A stretch of DNA of 64,000 nucleotides from the human T2T-CHM13v2.0 reference genome, Homo sapiens (GCF_009914755.1 NC_060928.1), one strand, 5' to 3'. Positions 1 to 15,029 are shown, numbered from the stretch's first letter. Translations and numbers: made by a program. The notes: generated by a model from the letters alone, not told the origin.

Positions 1-1404
1 ATTTCACCCTCCAAGTAAACCATGAAGACCTTGGGTCTTATTTGGGGCCAGCCATGGTACAACAGTACCTTCTTTCAAAAGACCTAGTTACCAGGGGTCA
101 GTCATTAGGAGGCTTTTCAAGGTTTCTGATACATAAACTCTCAAAATTTAATTACAGGAACGAACAAGACAGTAATAGTTTCAAAATCCATAGTATTTAC
201 TTAGCTAGCCAACCCTGTAGTCATGTATTTTCATTTGTTCATTTTCAGAATGAGAAGAGCATAGTTAGTTATGCTTCTGATACGTGGCTCCTAATATAAT
301 GCCAGTTGGTTTAGGTTTTATTGGTTAGATCCTCAGTTGAGAATGTTATATATTGAAATAGATACACAGTGGGCTTGGCTTCAGAAAATGTTAAGCTGCA
401 GCTATTTTGGGAAACGTTATCCATAAAATGCCAACTTCACCAGGATTTGCTGAGTGGTGGTGTCTGTTGGCAGAGATGAACTGCTTTGCATCCTATTGTC
501 TGCTGTTCACAATGCTGTGGGCTAGAATGTAATTGGTAGACAATATCCTCTGGGGAGCCCGCAAAAGGTGGCAGTCCATCTCCTGATGCCCCCTCTATGT
601 GTTGTAAATTTAAAAAACGATTCGCAAGGTGATGACTTTTTTTAACGTAAGTGTGAAGTAATGCAGTCTGCAGGATTAGTATCAGTCACACTAAGATATC
701 ACAGACTGAGGATTTAGCATCTTTACTCTGATATTCTGTGCACTGGTTAGTAATATTTTCCATTCATGGAAAGCCTCCTGAAATGTAACTGTGCATTGTG
801 TATTACATGGAAGGTGTTTAATGAGTTTAAAAGAAAAAAGAAAAAATAATCCTAACTTTGAGTAATATAATTTTCTCTTTGAGTACTATAAATTCTTTCT
901 TTGAGTACTGATTACTTTTATCAGAATGAAGCCATCCAAGTATTTTTAATCTTAGCTATTTCTAGCCAAATTTTTGCAATGTACACAAATAAGAATATAT
1001 GATATTATAAACACTTATGGAAGCAATTGTCTAGTCACCAAAAATTTGAAAAATATAAGTTAGATTGGAGATTACATACTCTTTTGTGAGTTTTAAGCAC
1101 CTCTAATTACCTTAAGGAATAGCACCTCTAATATACCTTAAGTAATCGCAACTGCTTTTCCTATACTACTTCCTAGTAAGACACTATTTTGACAATCAAG
1201 CAAGTGTATAAAAGGCAAAATAAAAGTAGTTGACATCAGTATTGCTCAAATTGCTCCACAGAATTGCTTATCCTCTATAGGGTATTTAATTTGTAGTATA
1301 AGTAGCTTTGCAGTTAGTGTGATAAATTTGCAAAGAAGCAAACAGAACATATCATTTAGTAAAAGCTTTGGATCAGACAGATCTGAGTATAATCCTAGAC
1401 ATGG

Positions 1405-1846
1405 TATGTGACTTGGTCTTTGAGGGCTGCCATAACAAAATACCACAGATTAGGTGGCTTAAATAACAGAAATGCATTTCCTCACAGTTCTGGAGGCTGG
1501 AAAGTACATGATCAGGTGTCAGCAGGGTCAGTTTCCTCTGAGGGTTGTGAGGATATATCTGTTCCAGGCCTCTATCTATTCCAGGCCTCTCTCCTGGGCT
1601 TGTAGATGACAATTTTCTTCTTGTGTCTTTACATGATCTTCCCTTTGTTTGTATCTGTATCCTAATCTTTTCTTCTAAGCTCACCAGTCATACTGGATTA
1701 GGGCACACCCATATGACCTCATTTTATCTTATTTACCACTGTAAAGGCCCTATCTCCAAATATAGTCACATTCTCAGATATCAGGGGTTAGAAACTCGAC
1801 ATAAAGATTTGAGGGAGGAGAGGGGATGCAATTCAGCCCTGTAATA
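1405..1846 (-). mobile_element. MaLR solo LTR, MLT1B/MLT1A-like
   Basis: gggctgccataacaaaataccacaga...ctcacagttctggaggctggaaag...ggattagggc...aattcagcc is the reverse complement of the MLT1 consensus; same family as 7653-8027. Confidence 0.8.
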
Positions 1847-2051
1847 TTGGATCCTAACAGAATCCTAACTTTCCTAAGGACAGAGATGCTCGCTTATTTA
1901 TTTTGTTTTCCTCACAATGCCTATCACTTTTTCTTGCCTAAAATAGATGTTTAATAGTTACATAATTAAATTATCACTTTGACAATCAGGTTTTTTAAAT
2001 ATCTCCATCTAACTTACTAAAATAGGTACTTACTCACCTAGTGTTAAATAC

Positions 2052-2880
2052 TGTTAAAGGGGATAATCTTACATGAGTTAAATTTAACAGAATTTAAACA
2101 AAGAATGATTCGAGAATCAGGTAACACTTGGAACCAGAACCAATTCTAAGAACTCTGGCCTGCAATGTGGTCAGACAGCATTCATGGACAAAAAATGGAA
2201 GTGAGGTACAGAGACAGCTTAATTAGTTATAGCTCTATGTTTTGCCATATTTAAATCAGCTGGCCACCTGTGACTGACTGAAGCTCAGCTGCTGCAATTG
2301 ACTGAGCCTCAGTCAATTTGTTACAAGAGTATAATTCTAAATTCAGCTTTCAGTTAGTTCATGTACTAAGTTAGGATAAAGTTTGTTACATAAGGATTTG
2401 AGTACAGAGGCTTCCTCAGGCCAAATTTAGTTTAGTTCAACAATTTGTTCCTTTTGGTCAACCTCTCAATTTGGAGATCATCTAAAACCTGGGCATGAGC
2501 ACCAGTTTCAATCACCATTGTGAATTGACTTATTTGGTCTCAGTATGGAATTCATGTGAAGTCCTCATGTTAATTGAATTTATGTGCTCGCTGGTCTAGT
2601 TGAAGTGAGATCATTCAATGCTCAACGAATGACTGCATACCAACATTTAAGACTTGAGAGAACCAGGGGATCTATTAAGATGATTGTCAAGAGAATGATA
2701 TCCAAAACTGAACTCTACTCCTTAACAAAAGCCCTCTCAAACTGAACCAATCAAAACAAAACAAATCAAAGTTTAGGCAATATAGACAGTTCAATAGAAT
2801 TTGAGTCCTACTTGTCATAATCTTGGTTTGAGGCATGATGGCAATTAGGGACCATAGTTTTCTATAAAGCAGCCTGATTT
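2052..2880 (-). mobile_element. ERV1 (MER4/MER57 group) 3' LTR (2052-2442) plus adjacent internal remnant
   Basis: TG...CA ends; minus strand starts TGTTGAACTAAACTAAATTTGGCCTGAGG, preceded by PPT-like GACCAAAAGGAACAAAT; right boundary approximate. Confidence 0.6.
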
Positions 2881-3036
2881 AAAGAGGTATTCATTTTTTG
2901 TAGTTAACTCTTTTCCAGTAACATTATTAGCAGGACAGAATGTTGTAACTCTACTTTCCAGGTCCTCATTAAAAAATATTTAGAAAAATGATAGCGATGA
3001 CTAATGTTATACAAAGTTCAGTTGCATTCTCTCACC

Positions 3037-3750
3037 TTCATTCATCAAATATATATGAAGGACTTATTGTGTGCTACTATAAAACCAGATAGACTGATGG
3101 AGCATAAGTAGGGATGTAATAAAGAAACAACCTAATTAAATAGTTGCACAAATAGTATTTGGTAACAATTGTAGTAAGTGCTGTAAACAGACAGTATGAG
3201 GTGTTATGGGCTCATATAATGGGGTTTTATCTAACCTGAGAGGGCAAGGAAAGATTAGGAAGTTTGGGGGGCCTAATAATGGGGTTTCACCTGACCTGAA
3301 TGGGCAGGGAAAGATTAATCTAGGAAGTTTGCTTTTTAATGAAAGATCTCAAGCAAAAGGAGAGGCCACTATATGAAGAGAGGAAGGAAGACCATTTTGG
3401 TGAGAGGACAGTATGTGCAAAAGCCATGTGGTGGAGCTGGAACATTATTTGGACCCAGAAGAAAATGAGAGCAGTCAGAAGAGGGAGAGTTTGGAAAGTG
3501 GTGGGGAATAGGCTGTGGAGGGCTTAAGAAAACATGTTGAAACTTTTGTCATTATTCCAAAAAAAAAGTGAAGTCACAGCTAGGTTTTAAGTGGTGTAAG
3601 GTGCCACAGTTGGATTAGAATTTCAAAAACGCTATTTCAGTTGAGGATTGAAAGAGACCAGAATGGACACAGTAGGTCAGTTTCAAGGCAGTTGCTGTTA
3701 TCCGCAAAAGAGAAGATGGCAACTTGAATTAGATGAAGGAATTTTCAAGA
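3037..3750 (-). mobile_element. L2 LINE remnant with an internal ~55-bp tandem duplication (3217-3330)
   Basis: ttcattcatcaaatat...gacttattgtgtgc resembles the L2 3' end; aggcagttgctgtt...agaagatggcaacttgaa motif. Confidence 0.6.
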
Positions 3751-4214
3751 TATTGCACACAATTTCTAAAAGACCAAAGGTGATATTAATATGCCATATT
3801 TAAATGTCACTTTATGCATATTTTAGCACATTTGTATGCTTATTTCTCAAGTCATGTCACCTTAGCAGTAGAGAAAAATAAACATACAAGCTTAATAGGA
3901 GGGTAGGGGATTGAGAGAAACAGAAGGACAAAAGGGAGTTTCAGTCCTAGAAGAGACCCTTTCTCACTATTGCTTTTGAGTATTTTATGTTAAATCTTGG
4001 ATTCCACGCCATAACACATTTACAATTATGAAAATGGCATAAAATAATATATTTGATTTTAATGTAAAATTATTTTATTTTCCTCCCCAAAATCTTTTGG
4101 TAAAATTCTTGCTGTTGGAAGATGCACCATCTTTTCCTAAGAACTCTGCATCTCTATATTACCACCTTTTCTTCCTGAGACTCCTTGCTCTGCATTTTGA
4201 GAAGACAAGTCTTA

Positions 4215-4360
4215 CCTTATCTCATTTTACCCTCACAGTCATCCAGCGACAACCATGCTGAAGACAGCCATTATCATTTTAGAAATGGGAAAGCTAAGGC
4301 TTAGAGTAACCGTGAGACCCCAAAGTTGCATTGCTAGACATTTATAGAGCTAGAATTTTG
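4215..4360 (-). mobile_element. MIR SINE fragment
   Basis: attttagaaatgggaaagctaaggcttagag...ccaaagttgca...gctagaattt core motif. Confidence 0.5.
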
Positions 4361-5819
4361 CAACCATTATAAACACAATAAAGTTTTTCATTGTCAGGCC
4401 TTAATGACAGAGCTGAAACATGTCAAGATTAGTTAATTTACATCATCACCATATTGGGAAAATTGAAATTTAACAAAACTCAATTGACTCCAAATGTTAA
4501 ATCTATATAGAGTCTAAAATATAAGTAGGCATTGCCAAGAGAAAGTTGAGAAAGCCTATATCAAAATGTAGTTATTATTCAGAATCCATTGCAATTTTAA
4601 CAGAAATCATACATTATACAGACAACATAAGAATTACCTGCTGCTGTGTCAAGGTAAAATGGAAATAATAGCATCATAACAAATAAAATAAAGGAGCACA
4701 TCCTTGGAAATTATCGAGAACCTTGATAATTCTTGATTTAATTTTTTTGTATTTCATTCCTTCCACAAAACTCCAATTAGCATAAATGATGAGAGAGCCA
4801 AGAAAACCTTGTAAACCAATTGGAAATAAAACATAAAATATAGCTTTACAAAATATCTACATGAGAGAACTGTTAAAATAATAGTATTAAATGGGAACAA
4901 GTTTTAAAATGTAGGGTTAAAAACTTGCTAACACTATATTTGCCTGCAAAGAAAAATCCACAGTTATTTGAAACACAATTTTTAATACCTGATATGCATT
5001 TGCATAAAAATAACCAGCACTTTTAGGTCTGTGGACTTGCTGACTTTGCAAAGCACAGAATTTGATTCTGAATAATTGGCAATGGTACACAGACATTTAC
5101 TAGTTGACGCTAGACATGAAAACCAAGGACAAATTCTCTTTTTTTCCCAATGTATTCTTCAAATCCTATTTTTGCACATGACACCTTGGCAGGCTCTTCT
5201 TCCAACCAGACTACAGTGAAGTAAAATTGAGGTTTTCATAACTCTGAAATGTATGTCATTGAAAAATTGAAGTAAAAGCCATATTACAGTTAGTGAATAT
5301 ATTGTTCAATGATATTTTATAACAAAGCTCTAAGTAGAAAACATGCTAAGCTTAGCTCAATAAAAAGAAACTATGAAAACAAAACAATAAATATAAACAA
5401 AAAGACAAGATAAGAAAGTAGTTGCTACACAAAAACAAATCTTCATATTTTATTGCCCAGAAAAAAAATTTTTTTTCTAAAATCTGTTATCTTAGCTGTC
5501 TGAGAGCCAAATTAACAATATTCAGTTTATGACATATCTCGGAGGAAGAGAAAAGACGAGTAGGGAAAATGAACAGCCATAGAAAAACTGAGGCATTTCA
5601 TGTGCTGATAGAATTTATAGAACTTACTCCATTTTCGGTATAAAATGATTATTCTATGTTCTTCCTTGGAAGTATTTACATTTTTTTTTAAGTAGCACAG
5701 TAGCAGGTAATTGCCACAGATAGAAACTCAGACATCAGGAAAAATGATCATTTTAGATTGAATACATTCTTAACTCCACTCGAAATAAATATTGGAGACC
5801 AAATATAATGAGGAGAGGC

Positions 5820-6075
5820 CTGATAGCAGGTAGTTAAGAGGATGAACTTGAGAGCTGGTCTAGCAGAATTCAAATCTCGGCTTTGCCTTTTAATAGCTAC
5901 ATGACCTTGAACAAATCACTCAACTTTTCAATGTCTGCATTTCTTCCTCTGCAGAATGAGAACAATAATAATATCTACCTCCTTTAATTATTGTGAGGAA
6001 TAAATGAGTAAAATGAAACCTTTCAAATAATGTCTAATGTGTTTTAAGAAGTACGAAAGGGTTTGCTATTATGAC
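5820..6075 (+). mobile_element. MIR SINE
   Basis: ttcaaatctcggctttgcc...tgaccttgaacaaatcactcaac...ctctgcagaatgagaacaataata core. Confidence 0.75.
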
Positions 6076-6289
6076 ACAGTGAATGAACAAAAACAATTAT
6101 GAATAATGAACACATACTTTTTAATTATTTTGTGCCAAGTACTGTGCTTGTTGATTTCTGGCATATCAATTTACTTACTGCCTAAAATACCTCTGTGAAG
6201 TACGTATTAAATTACATGCATAGTAAAGTTGGAAAAAACATGGATGTCACTTTCTTTGTGGAGCCCTTAATGGTTTTCTAGGACTAGGT

Positions 6290-6555
6290 TTGCTGCCTCT
6301 CCTGTGAGTTTCTCTAGTATACACTGCTGCCCCCATCTTTTCAATTGTCATGCAGCACTGTAATTGCTAATTTAATTGTCTGTCTTCCACAAACTACTGT
6401 AAATTCTGTGAAGGCAGGGTCTCACATATCTTGAGTGCTTGGCTTAGTGTCTTTTGTTTGTACTGCTCACATATCTTCAGTTTACTCACGTCTTGAGTGC
6501 TTGGCATAGTGACTTTTGTTTTTAGTAGATCAATAAATATGCATTTGTTAAATAT
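6290..6555 (+). mobile_element. L2 3' end fragment
   Basis: tgtctgtcttccac...actgtaaattctgtgaaggcaggg...caataaatatgcatttgttaaat. Confidence 0.55.
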
Positions 6556-6807
6556 TCTATGAAATTCTCTGGAACGGATTCTGTATCAAGTGGCCTGAAA
6601 CCCATTTTTAATCATCCTTTTCCATGTCCTCTTTACTACAGATACTAAAAAATCTTATCACGTGCCCAGCCTCTCTCACAGTCAGAAATAACCATGTGAC
6701 ACAGTTCTAGCCAACGATAACATGGATCAGCTACATGAAAGAGGGATGATGGTATTGGAAGCTTTTGTTTTACTTTTAATAGGGAATAAAAATTACAAGT
6801 TTCATTT

Positions 6808-7563
6808 TGATATGAACAGGAGATGGAAATACTGGGTAGAAGAGCGTGGTTCCCTGGCAAAGGCTACCCCCTCAAGCCTGGAAACCCACAACCTTAAATG
6901 AGAAGAGGCATTCCTGTTTTTGCACTTGAAAGTTGCCTTTTGGCCTCCCATCCCCTCCCATCCTGTACCCATATAAATCCCAAACCCCCAGCTCCAAAAG
7001 GAGATGAATAGAAGAGCAGAAGAATGCAGAGTGGCAAGGCAAAGAAGAGGAGAAGAGAAGGAGCATCTGAAAGTTGAGAGGAGTTGGGCTGGGGACGGTC
7101 TGAGAGGAGATTGGCCGCTGGATGGCCAAATTCCAGGAGAAAAATAATCTCACTCCATCCCCCTTCCAGCTGCCCATCCACCTTGCTGAGAGCCACTTCC
7201 ATCACTCAATAAAACCCCCACATTCATCCTTTAAGTCTGTGCGACTTGACTTTTCCTGGATACCAGAAAAGTACCTGGGTCCCAAGAGGGCACTGAGCTG
7301 GTTACACTCTTCAGCTGTCTTCAGATGGCAAATCTAAAAGAGCACACTGTAACACACACCCACTTGGGCTTCAGGAGTCACAGGCACCCAGCCTTAGATC
7401 CTACCTTGGGGCTGGAGCCCCAAGGCACTCGCCTGGGTTGCTGCACCTGCCTGTCAGCATGCTCCCTGTCCTGCAAGGGGCCTGAGAATGTGTGGTGGCC
7501 AAACAGATGAGCAACACCCCTGTCGCACGTCCTGCAAAGTGATCAAGGAACTCTCCTCTCTCA
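6808..7563 (+). mobile_element. ERV1 solo LTR, LTR1/LTR27/LTR28/MER52 group
   Basis: Starts TGATATGAACAGGAGA..GAAATACTGGGTAGAAGAG, ends ...CTCTCA; 4-bp TSD ATTT (6804-6807, 7564-7567); TATA-like catataaat near 6970; AATAAA at 7208. Confidence 0.85.
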
Positions 7564-7652
7564 ATTTCTTTCTCTCTTCTTTTTGTTTTTATAATAGATG
7601 TGGGTTGTAGAGCTGTAGCAATCATCTTAAGACCAAAAAGTGATAACCACAG

Positions 7653-8027
7653 TATTATGGACTGAATTGTCCCCCTGCATTCATATGTTAAAATCCTAAA
7701 CCCTAGAAATGTGACTGTATTTGAAGACAGAATTTTTTGACAGGCAATTAAGTTAAAATGACATTATGAGCCCTAATCCAATACGACTGGTACTCTTATA
7801 AGAGGAGATTTAGACACACACACAGATGTGCAGAGGCAAGATCATATGAAGATACAGGGAGAAGATGGTCATCTACAAGCCAAATAGAGAGGCCTCAGAA
7901 AAAAATCAAACCTGCCAGCACCTTTATGTTGACTTCTGGCCTCCAGAACTGTGAGGAAATACATTTCAGTTGTTTAAGTCACCCAGTCTCTGATACTTGG
8001 TTATAGCAGCCATAGCAAACTAATAAA
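7653..8027 (+). mobile_element. MaLR solo LTR, MLT1B-like
   Basis: tattatggactgaattgtcccc...aatgtgactgtatttg...ctccagaactgtgag...ttatagcagcc..gcaaactaata. Confidence 0.85.
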
Positions 8028-8150
8028 CAAGCGAATCCAAGTCAAGATACTAAGAATGACACAACAGGGAAATATGACGAACCTGGAAATGCAAACCAAC
8101 ACCATTAAATGCTTATCTCCAGACTTATCACGTGAGATAAATAACTCCTA

Positions 8151-8426
<276 letters not shown>

Positions 8427-9052
8427 TCACCAAATTCCAGATCAATATGCTACCTGCCTGTCTGCATGAGGTAAATCAGCCAGATTTGGAAAAAAAAAAA
8501 AATTCTATTGGCAGCTGGAAAAGCAACCTAAATATAATGATTAATTTAAAATAAAATTCAGTAGATTTTTTTGTAGTAGGTCTGACATTCTTTCTAGGAA
8601 TATGATTAAGTAAGATCTTACCTGTAGATATTCTAATATTTCAACATTTCTTGTGACATTTAATAAAGAATGTACTTCTGTCATAAGAAAGTGAGCAAAA
8701 ACTTTCATAAACAGATATGAAAATATAAGTGACAGAGAAATAAGAAAATAATTGGGCAAAAGTATAATATAGATCAAAAGGAAACTAAAATTAGAATAAT
8801 GAACAAAATAGTCAAACATGCCTAAATCCTATTAATTACTTCTAAAATTGTAATAATGGTGTTGCTATTGCATTGCAGGATTTTTTTTATCACCCTATTT
8901 ATCACGCAAAACAGTTGGTTATTTATTTCTTTTAGAGTGAGAACCCTCACTCTAAATTTCTTTTGGAGTGAGAAATCCAACTCCAGATTTTTTCCTGAAG
9001 GTCTTTTCTCTATGCTCCCCACCTAATACTAGCTTCCTGAGCCTGAGTTCTT

Positions 9053-9078
9053 AAAAAAAAAAAAAAAAAAAAAAAAAA
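9053..9078 (+). repeat. poly(A)26
   Basis: Direct read. Confidence 0.95.
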
Positions 9079-9989
9079 TTCCCAAAGCAGACTATACTGC
9101 TTTGGCAGACTGTACTGAGAGAGGCAGTGCAATAGCAGGGAATCAAAAGTGAGGGTAACATGAAGTGAGACAGTGAAACAGGGCAAGTATGTTTAAAATG
9201 GGATGTTACTAATCTGCTCTGGTTCATAGGAAATAAAGTTGACTGACTGGTCTTATAGAATATCTTCAGGGAGACTATATGATACTGCATCTCAAAGCTG
9301 CCAAGAGAGGAAGGAAAAGTAATTTATGAGTGTGCCCTTTCCGGTCTCTTGCCTTTCTTTGGTCAAAGATCATTACATGTGGTGTTTCCTACTCTTCTGC
9401 ATTTTAATTGGCCTCTTTAGGTAGGGGAAGCTAGCACTTTCACAAGTCCAGTTGGGTTATGATGGGTAACATTGAAAAGCTAGACCTGTTTCACCTCACA
9501 CCACAAGAGTGCAACAGAATTCATACTGAAGCCCCTCTCTCACTCTTGGGGTGGTAAGAAAATTTGAAATCTTAGAAGAGATAGGGAATGCAGTGGTGAT
9601 GGGAGTGCAGAGTTAAGCCCGTGGGAACAGTGAAACCATCACTGTGGCTGCTCTGAGAAGTAAGGCAAATGGCTAATTCCCTGGCCCAGGGTTTAGGTGG
9701 AGCTAAGCCGATCAGGAACATAAGCTGGCCTGAATACAATTCGTCTTTCAGTTATTTATTTGTGTGTGAGCTTGTACTTTCCTTTTTTGATAATTGTGCA
9801 GCATCATTACACTAACAGATTTATTTGCTTGAGCATGAACAGAATCATATTCTATGTGTGCACTGTCATCTTTATTACTATTTACGTATATGACATTAAT
9901 ATGGCTGATAACGTTTGCTTGAATTTTATCATAATTTTATGCTTCTAAAAACCACTTTTGAAGTACTTGTAAAGTACTCATGAAATTGT

Positions 9990-11722
9990 TCCAGTGTTCC
10001 TCTTTTGGTTGCATGTTAGGGTGATACTTTTGCTCCTTTGAGGTTAGAACTGTAAGCAAAAGTGGCATGTGTCACGCTCAGGCAGAAATTGAAGGGTCCA
10101 CACATGAGTAAACTTATATTCTTCCTACCATTTGACTGATCATCAAAGTAGGTTTAAGCTGAAGCCTGAGATGCTGAATGATAGGGTAAACAGGGCTTTC
10201 TGCCAACACATGTGGATCGGTGGCCTAGAAAAAAATTAACTTTTACTGTGGTAAGCCACAAAGGATTTGTGGCTGTGTACTACTGAAACATAACCTAATC
10301 AGCTGAAGTCCATAAAGTCCCTCATCATAGATGGTTAGGAAGATTTAAATGAAGGGAGTATTAACAAGGTTGTGGTCATCAGAGGTTAGGAAAACTGACC
10401 GGGAATGATGAATTATCCTGAGATTTTATCACTGCAAAGATGTTATGACCACTAGATCTGAATAGGCAAGAAGAGTGAGAGTTAATTTACCAGAACTTAG
10501 ATTGTATGGTTGTATGGAGAGGCCTGATAAGAAATGTAGACTTCAGTAGAAGAATTCAGCCAAATTGCAGTGATCTGAAGCAGTTAAATCCAGAAGAACC
10601 TTGACCCTACTTTCCTTTTACCCTCCAATCTCCTTCCAGTGAATCCTACTGATGACCACTCTTGGAAGCTGGAAAACAAAAGAAATCCATTGATGCAGAT
10701 AATGACATAAAGCCCCTCACTCTCACCCCAAGGCAAGAGTAGTAAAAGAAGCATTAAAAGTATAGATCTAGAGAGGCAAATGGAAATATCCACCAACATA
10801 ACCTATTTATAACCTATTTCGATTGATACAGAAATTGATACTAGATATTGCTGTGGTAACAGAGCTAAAATACATGAAATTGATTCAGAGTCTAGGTGAC
10901 AAGTAGGAAGATAACTGGTAGAAGAGCCTGAAAGGATAATCCACATTATGCAGTTTCAAACTTTTGGTAATATTCTCACCTTTCCTTAGAAGGCAACTCA
11001 TATAGTTCTAGGACAACTGATTGGGAGAAAAATAATATTAATGGTACATGGCAATTGTTATTGATTATAATTGGCAAGTATCAGAGGACAGGAAACTCAG
11101 AAAAACAGATTTTAAAGAAAATGAGGAGAGTTTACAAATTCAGGGACTTGCTGAGTTGCAAGCAGAACTGCTTCTCAACTCCAAACAGTAAAATATTAAA
11201 TGAAGAAATGCTTTGCATTAAAGAAACAAATTAAAACTCAGACTCTTGGCAAGCATCAAATCAAGGGAATGGCCATTGAACTCATTATTAAAACCTCTGA
11301 ATGATCCGTGGCTGCACATGGAAAAAACCTTTTCAGTTCATCAAAATCTCTCCAGGAAAATAGATTAAATGTTTGGATTTCCTACCAAAACCTGACAAGA
11401 TCACTATATCTGCAATTAAGTCAAGAGAGAGATTCATGAGGCTTTACTCAATAAAATGTGAGCAGATGAGACACATTAGTTCTGGGCAAAAGCTCTTGGA
11501 GCCAACCCATGAGTTGCCAGGTTCTCTTCCCTCTGCCATGGCCATCTGAGAAACAGGTGTCAAGATGAAGCCACCGAAGGCCGATGTTCCCAGTGACTGT
11601 AGTGAGGAGAGCTCCCTGCTTGTCTTTTAGACAGGAAGCAGAAAGCCAAGACAACATTTAGTTATATTAAGCTACTGAGTTTTATGGTTATTTATTATTA
11701 CCTAACATCTTGAATAATACAA
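9990..11722 (+). mobile_element. Degenerate MLT1J-like MaLR: LTR (~9990-10310), internal remnant (~10825-11450), second LTR (~11450-11722)
   Basis: Two similar LTR 3' ends (taagccacaaaggatttgtgg / taagctactgagttttatgg); MaLR internal start gatacagaaattgatacta...tgctgtggtaaca. Confidence 0.5.
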
Positions 11723-12161
11723 GTCCATAATCAACTTTTGGAATTGAAAATGTTATTCAATATAGCAATACCTATGAAAATACAAACTGAACAAATGAAA
11801 CCATTAACAGGAAAATAATATACAAGTAGGAGAGGCATGAACAACTGCAGCCAAGATGAAGTGATTGACGTAATCCTTCAGGCTTTATTACAGTCTTGCG
11901 GAGTATAATAAGAGTTAGAACAAAAGAGAATTATTATAAAGACCATGAAGAATTTTGCATTTCAATTTTATAAAATGTATATGAATTTTTTTATCTAAAG
12001 CTACTAATCAGCCCATGCAATATTAAATAATTTTCAGAGACTCTGTTTTAATCAGTTCAAAAAAATAATACAGGCCTCAGCAAAAAGAACAAGAGTTCAT
12101 GAGGGAAATGAAGGTTCTGGCTTGTCTATATATCACTTCTGGAAATTCAGGAATAATCCTA

Positions 12162-12945
12162 TGGTATAATAAAAATATATTTGGTCTTTGTTTCAAGTTC
12201 CTGGCACAGAACTCCTAAAATCTCTGGAATTTCCTAACTAATAATAATGTATTTTGTTATTTCTAAGTAACTCCTTTAAAGCGTGCCTGAATTTATGCCA
12301 ATGTTGACTCATAGCAGGCCCCTAAATACCTTCAGGATAGGATGTGATCATCAGAGGAACAGGCCACATGATCAGAGGGTTGAAACTTTCAGCTCCACCT
12401 TCCCCCATCCCTTGCCCCTTGCCAACCTCGACAGAAAGGCACTGGAGATTGCGTTTAATCGGCCATGGTCAATGCCTTAATCAATTATGCTTCTGTAATG
12501 AAATCTCTGAATTAGAAACTCTGAATGATGAGATTTCAATGGCAGGGGGTTGGTTCTGGGTTGGTGAAAACACTGAGGTCCTGAGAGGGTGGTATACCTG
12601 GAGAAGCCATGGAATGCCACTGTTTTCCTTGTACTGTGTCCTGTAAACTACTTCCATTTGGTCTTTCTTGAATCGTATCCTATTAAAACTGTAATAATAA
12701 GTACAGCCCTTTCCTGAGTTCTATGTGTCATTCTAGCAAACTATTGAATCTGAGGAAAAGACTGGGGGAACCCTCCTCAAATTGTTAGCCAGCTGCAAAG
12801 AAGTGCTGGTAGCCTGACAGCCTCATTACAGGCTGGCATCTGAAGCGGGGCAATCTTGTGGAACTGAGCCCCTTAACCTGTGGAGGTCTGCACTAACTCC
12901 AAGTAGTTAGTGTCAGAATTGAATTGAATTATTGCACACCCCAGT
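12162..12945 (+). mobile_element. MER21 (MER21C-like) LTR
   Basis: aatatatttggtctttg..ttcctggcacagaactcctaaaa...gtagttagtgtcagaattgaattgaatt. Confidence 0.8.
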
Positions 12946-13972
12946 GCATTTGCTTGTTTTTTTATAATTGATATTCTTGTCTCAGTTTGCTTGAGTCCTT
13001 TTAATCCTATAAGTGTTTCATTGGCTTTGAGCAGTTTTTGTTTTCTGGCTCTTTCTTATGGATTCAACTGTTTCCATAATTATTTATTCCATGGTTTCTC
13101 TTTGGTCAAGTTTCAGAGTATTAGTTTTTTCCTCCGCCATAGCTTGTTCTCAGTTCCTACCTTTTCCAATTAAGCATCTGCTTGTTTCTACATTCATACC
13201 CTTTAGTCTTGCAAACTAGCCATGCCCAGAGAGCTCTGCATTCCAGCCTGTTACTTGGGGAATCATAAGCAAATGGTCCAAGGAACAATAGCCTCAGCAT
13301 CATGCAAGTTCAGGAAAGCTACAGGCAATCAGGGATGTCAAAACATTTAATATGTCAAGCATAGCATATCACTAAGAAATTCTATTCAGACTGTTGATTA
13401 GAAAACACAATTCATCTGTCTGTATTTAGCAAACCTCCACTCCAGCTCTCCAGGAATTGGGGATTGCAGAAAGTATAACTCAGCCCCAGAAAAGGAATAA
13501 GGGATGGAATTAGTTAAGTTAGGACTCATATTTAAATACTAAATGAGAGTTTGAGTATCTATCAGACATCATTCAATACTACTAATAAGAATTAATAAGC
13601 CCCATAAGACATTCTGAACTGCAGCTACCAGGCTAACTCCTTTGGTAACCATATATTATAAGAAACGAACTAAACCTCATTTTCATTTCAAAGTTACAGT
13701 AAACTCTACTAAATTGTCTAAAGAAAAAAAGTTCTGAAAAAGATCTAGTTAACTATAGATTGAGATAGAGGGTTAATGGGTATTTAGACCAGGTCTATCG
13801 CCACTTATTGACACTTCTTTCTTCCATTTAGACTTAATCACAAACTCTTCGTAGTAGTCAGATGGCTACCATAAATGTCATGGTTATTCTTCCATGATCA
13901 AGTAGAGTATAAAAGAGTCTTCCATCCCCAAACTCCAACTAACATCTCAGCATTCCTAAAAGTTATATTCCC

Positions 13973-14291
<319 letters not shown>

Positions 14292-15029
14292 TTATATCCC
14301 CATCTCTGAATTAATTAGTGTAGCCCAGAAAAAATGGTGAGTTTAGAGGTGCTGGGACATTTGGTAGACAAAAGACTAGAGATACTGGTCTCGTTTTCTG
14401 ACCATTACAGTTCTCCTACATCTTTCATCATCACTAAGAAGGCAAGAGAGACAAAGCAATAATAAAAAAATTTTTTCCTCCAGCGCAAGATAGGCTACGC
14501 AATGAAATTTATCAAAATTCTACCATTACATATGCATGTGTAAGCATTTTAGACTACTGAAAAGAGGCTGACGAGTAGGCCAATTTTTGGATGATAAGGC
14601 TGAAAGAATAAAGATCAGAACTTGGAAGCTCAACTGTCCTTCAGGACCAAAATAGCTAAAAGGATTCAGGATACAATCTTGCCTAGATCCATACTGGAAA
14701 GCCCAAAATCTGACCCAAGTGCAATTTCATGTATAATGTGCATAATGCATGGCATGAGAGGATTGTTAAGGGATAGTACACAGAGTAGACAGAACTAAAC
14801 AAATTTCTCATCTTTCACTCTCAGTCTCCCTAAACTTACAGAACTTGGGGCAGCCCCATCCTGAATTTACTGTTACAGGGTTAAAACAAAGTTGTTACCC
14901 AGATGTCTCTGTGAGTCAAGTTAACAAGTTCTTGAAGTAGTTTTAGAGTTGATTTTCCCTCTTCATCTGACAGAGATACATACCTACAGAGACCGGACCT
15001 ACCATGTGTAATGTTGCAGAAAGAAGAAA

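Noticed and set aside
300-830. Possible conserved enhancer in repeat-free sequence
   Set aside because: Only an impression from composition; cannot be supported without conservation data
856-1146. Short 21-26 bp tandem duplications (also 15863-15957, 48958-49020, 6421-6520)
   Set aside because: Ordinary slippage duplications of two or three copies with no spacer structure
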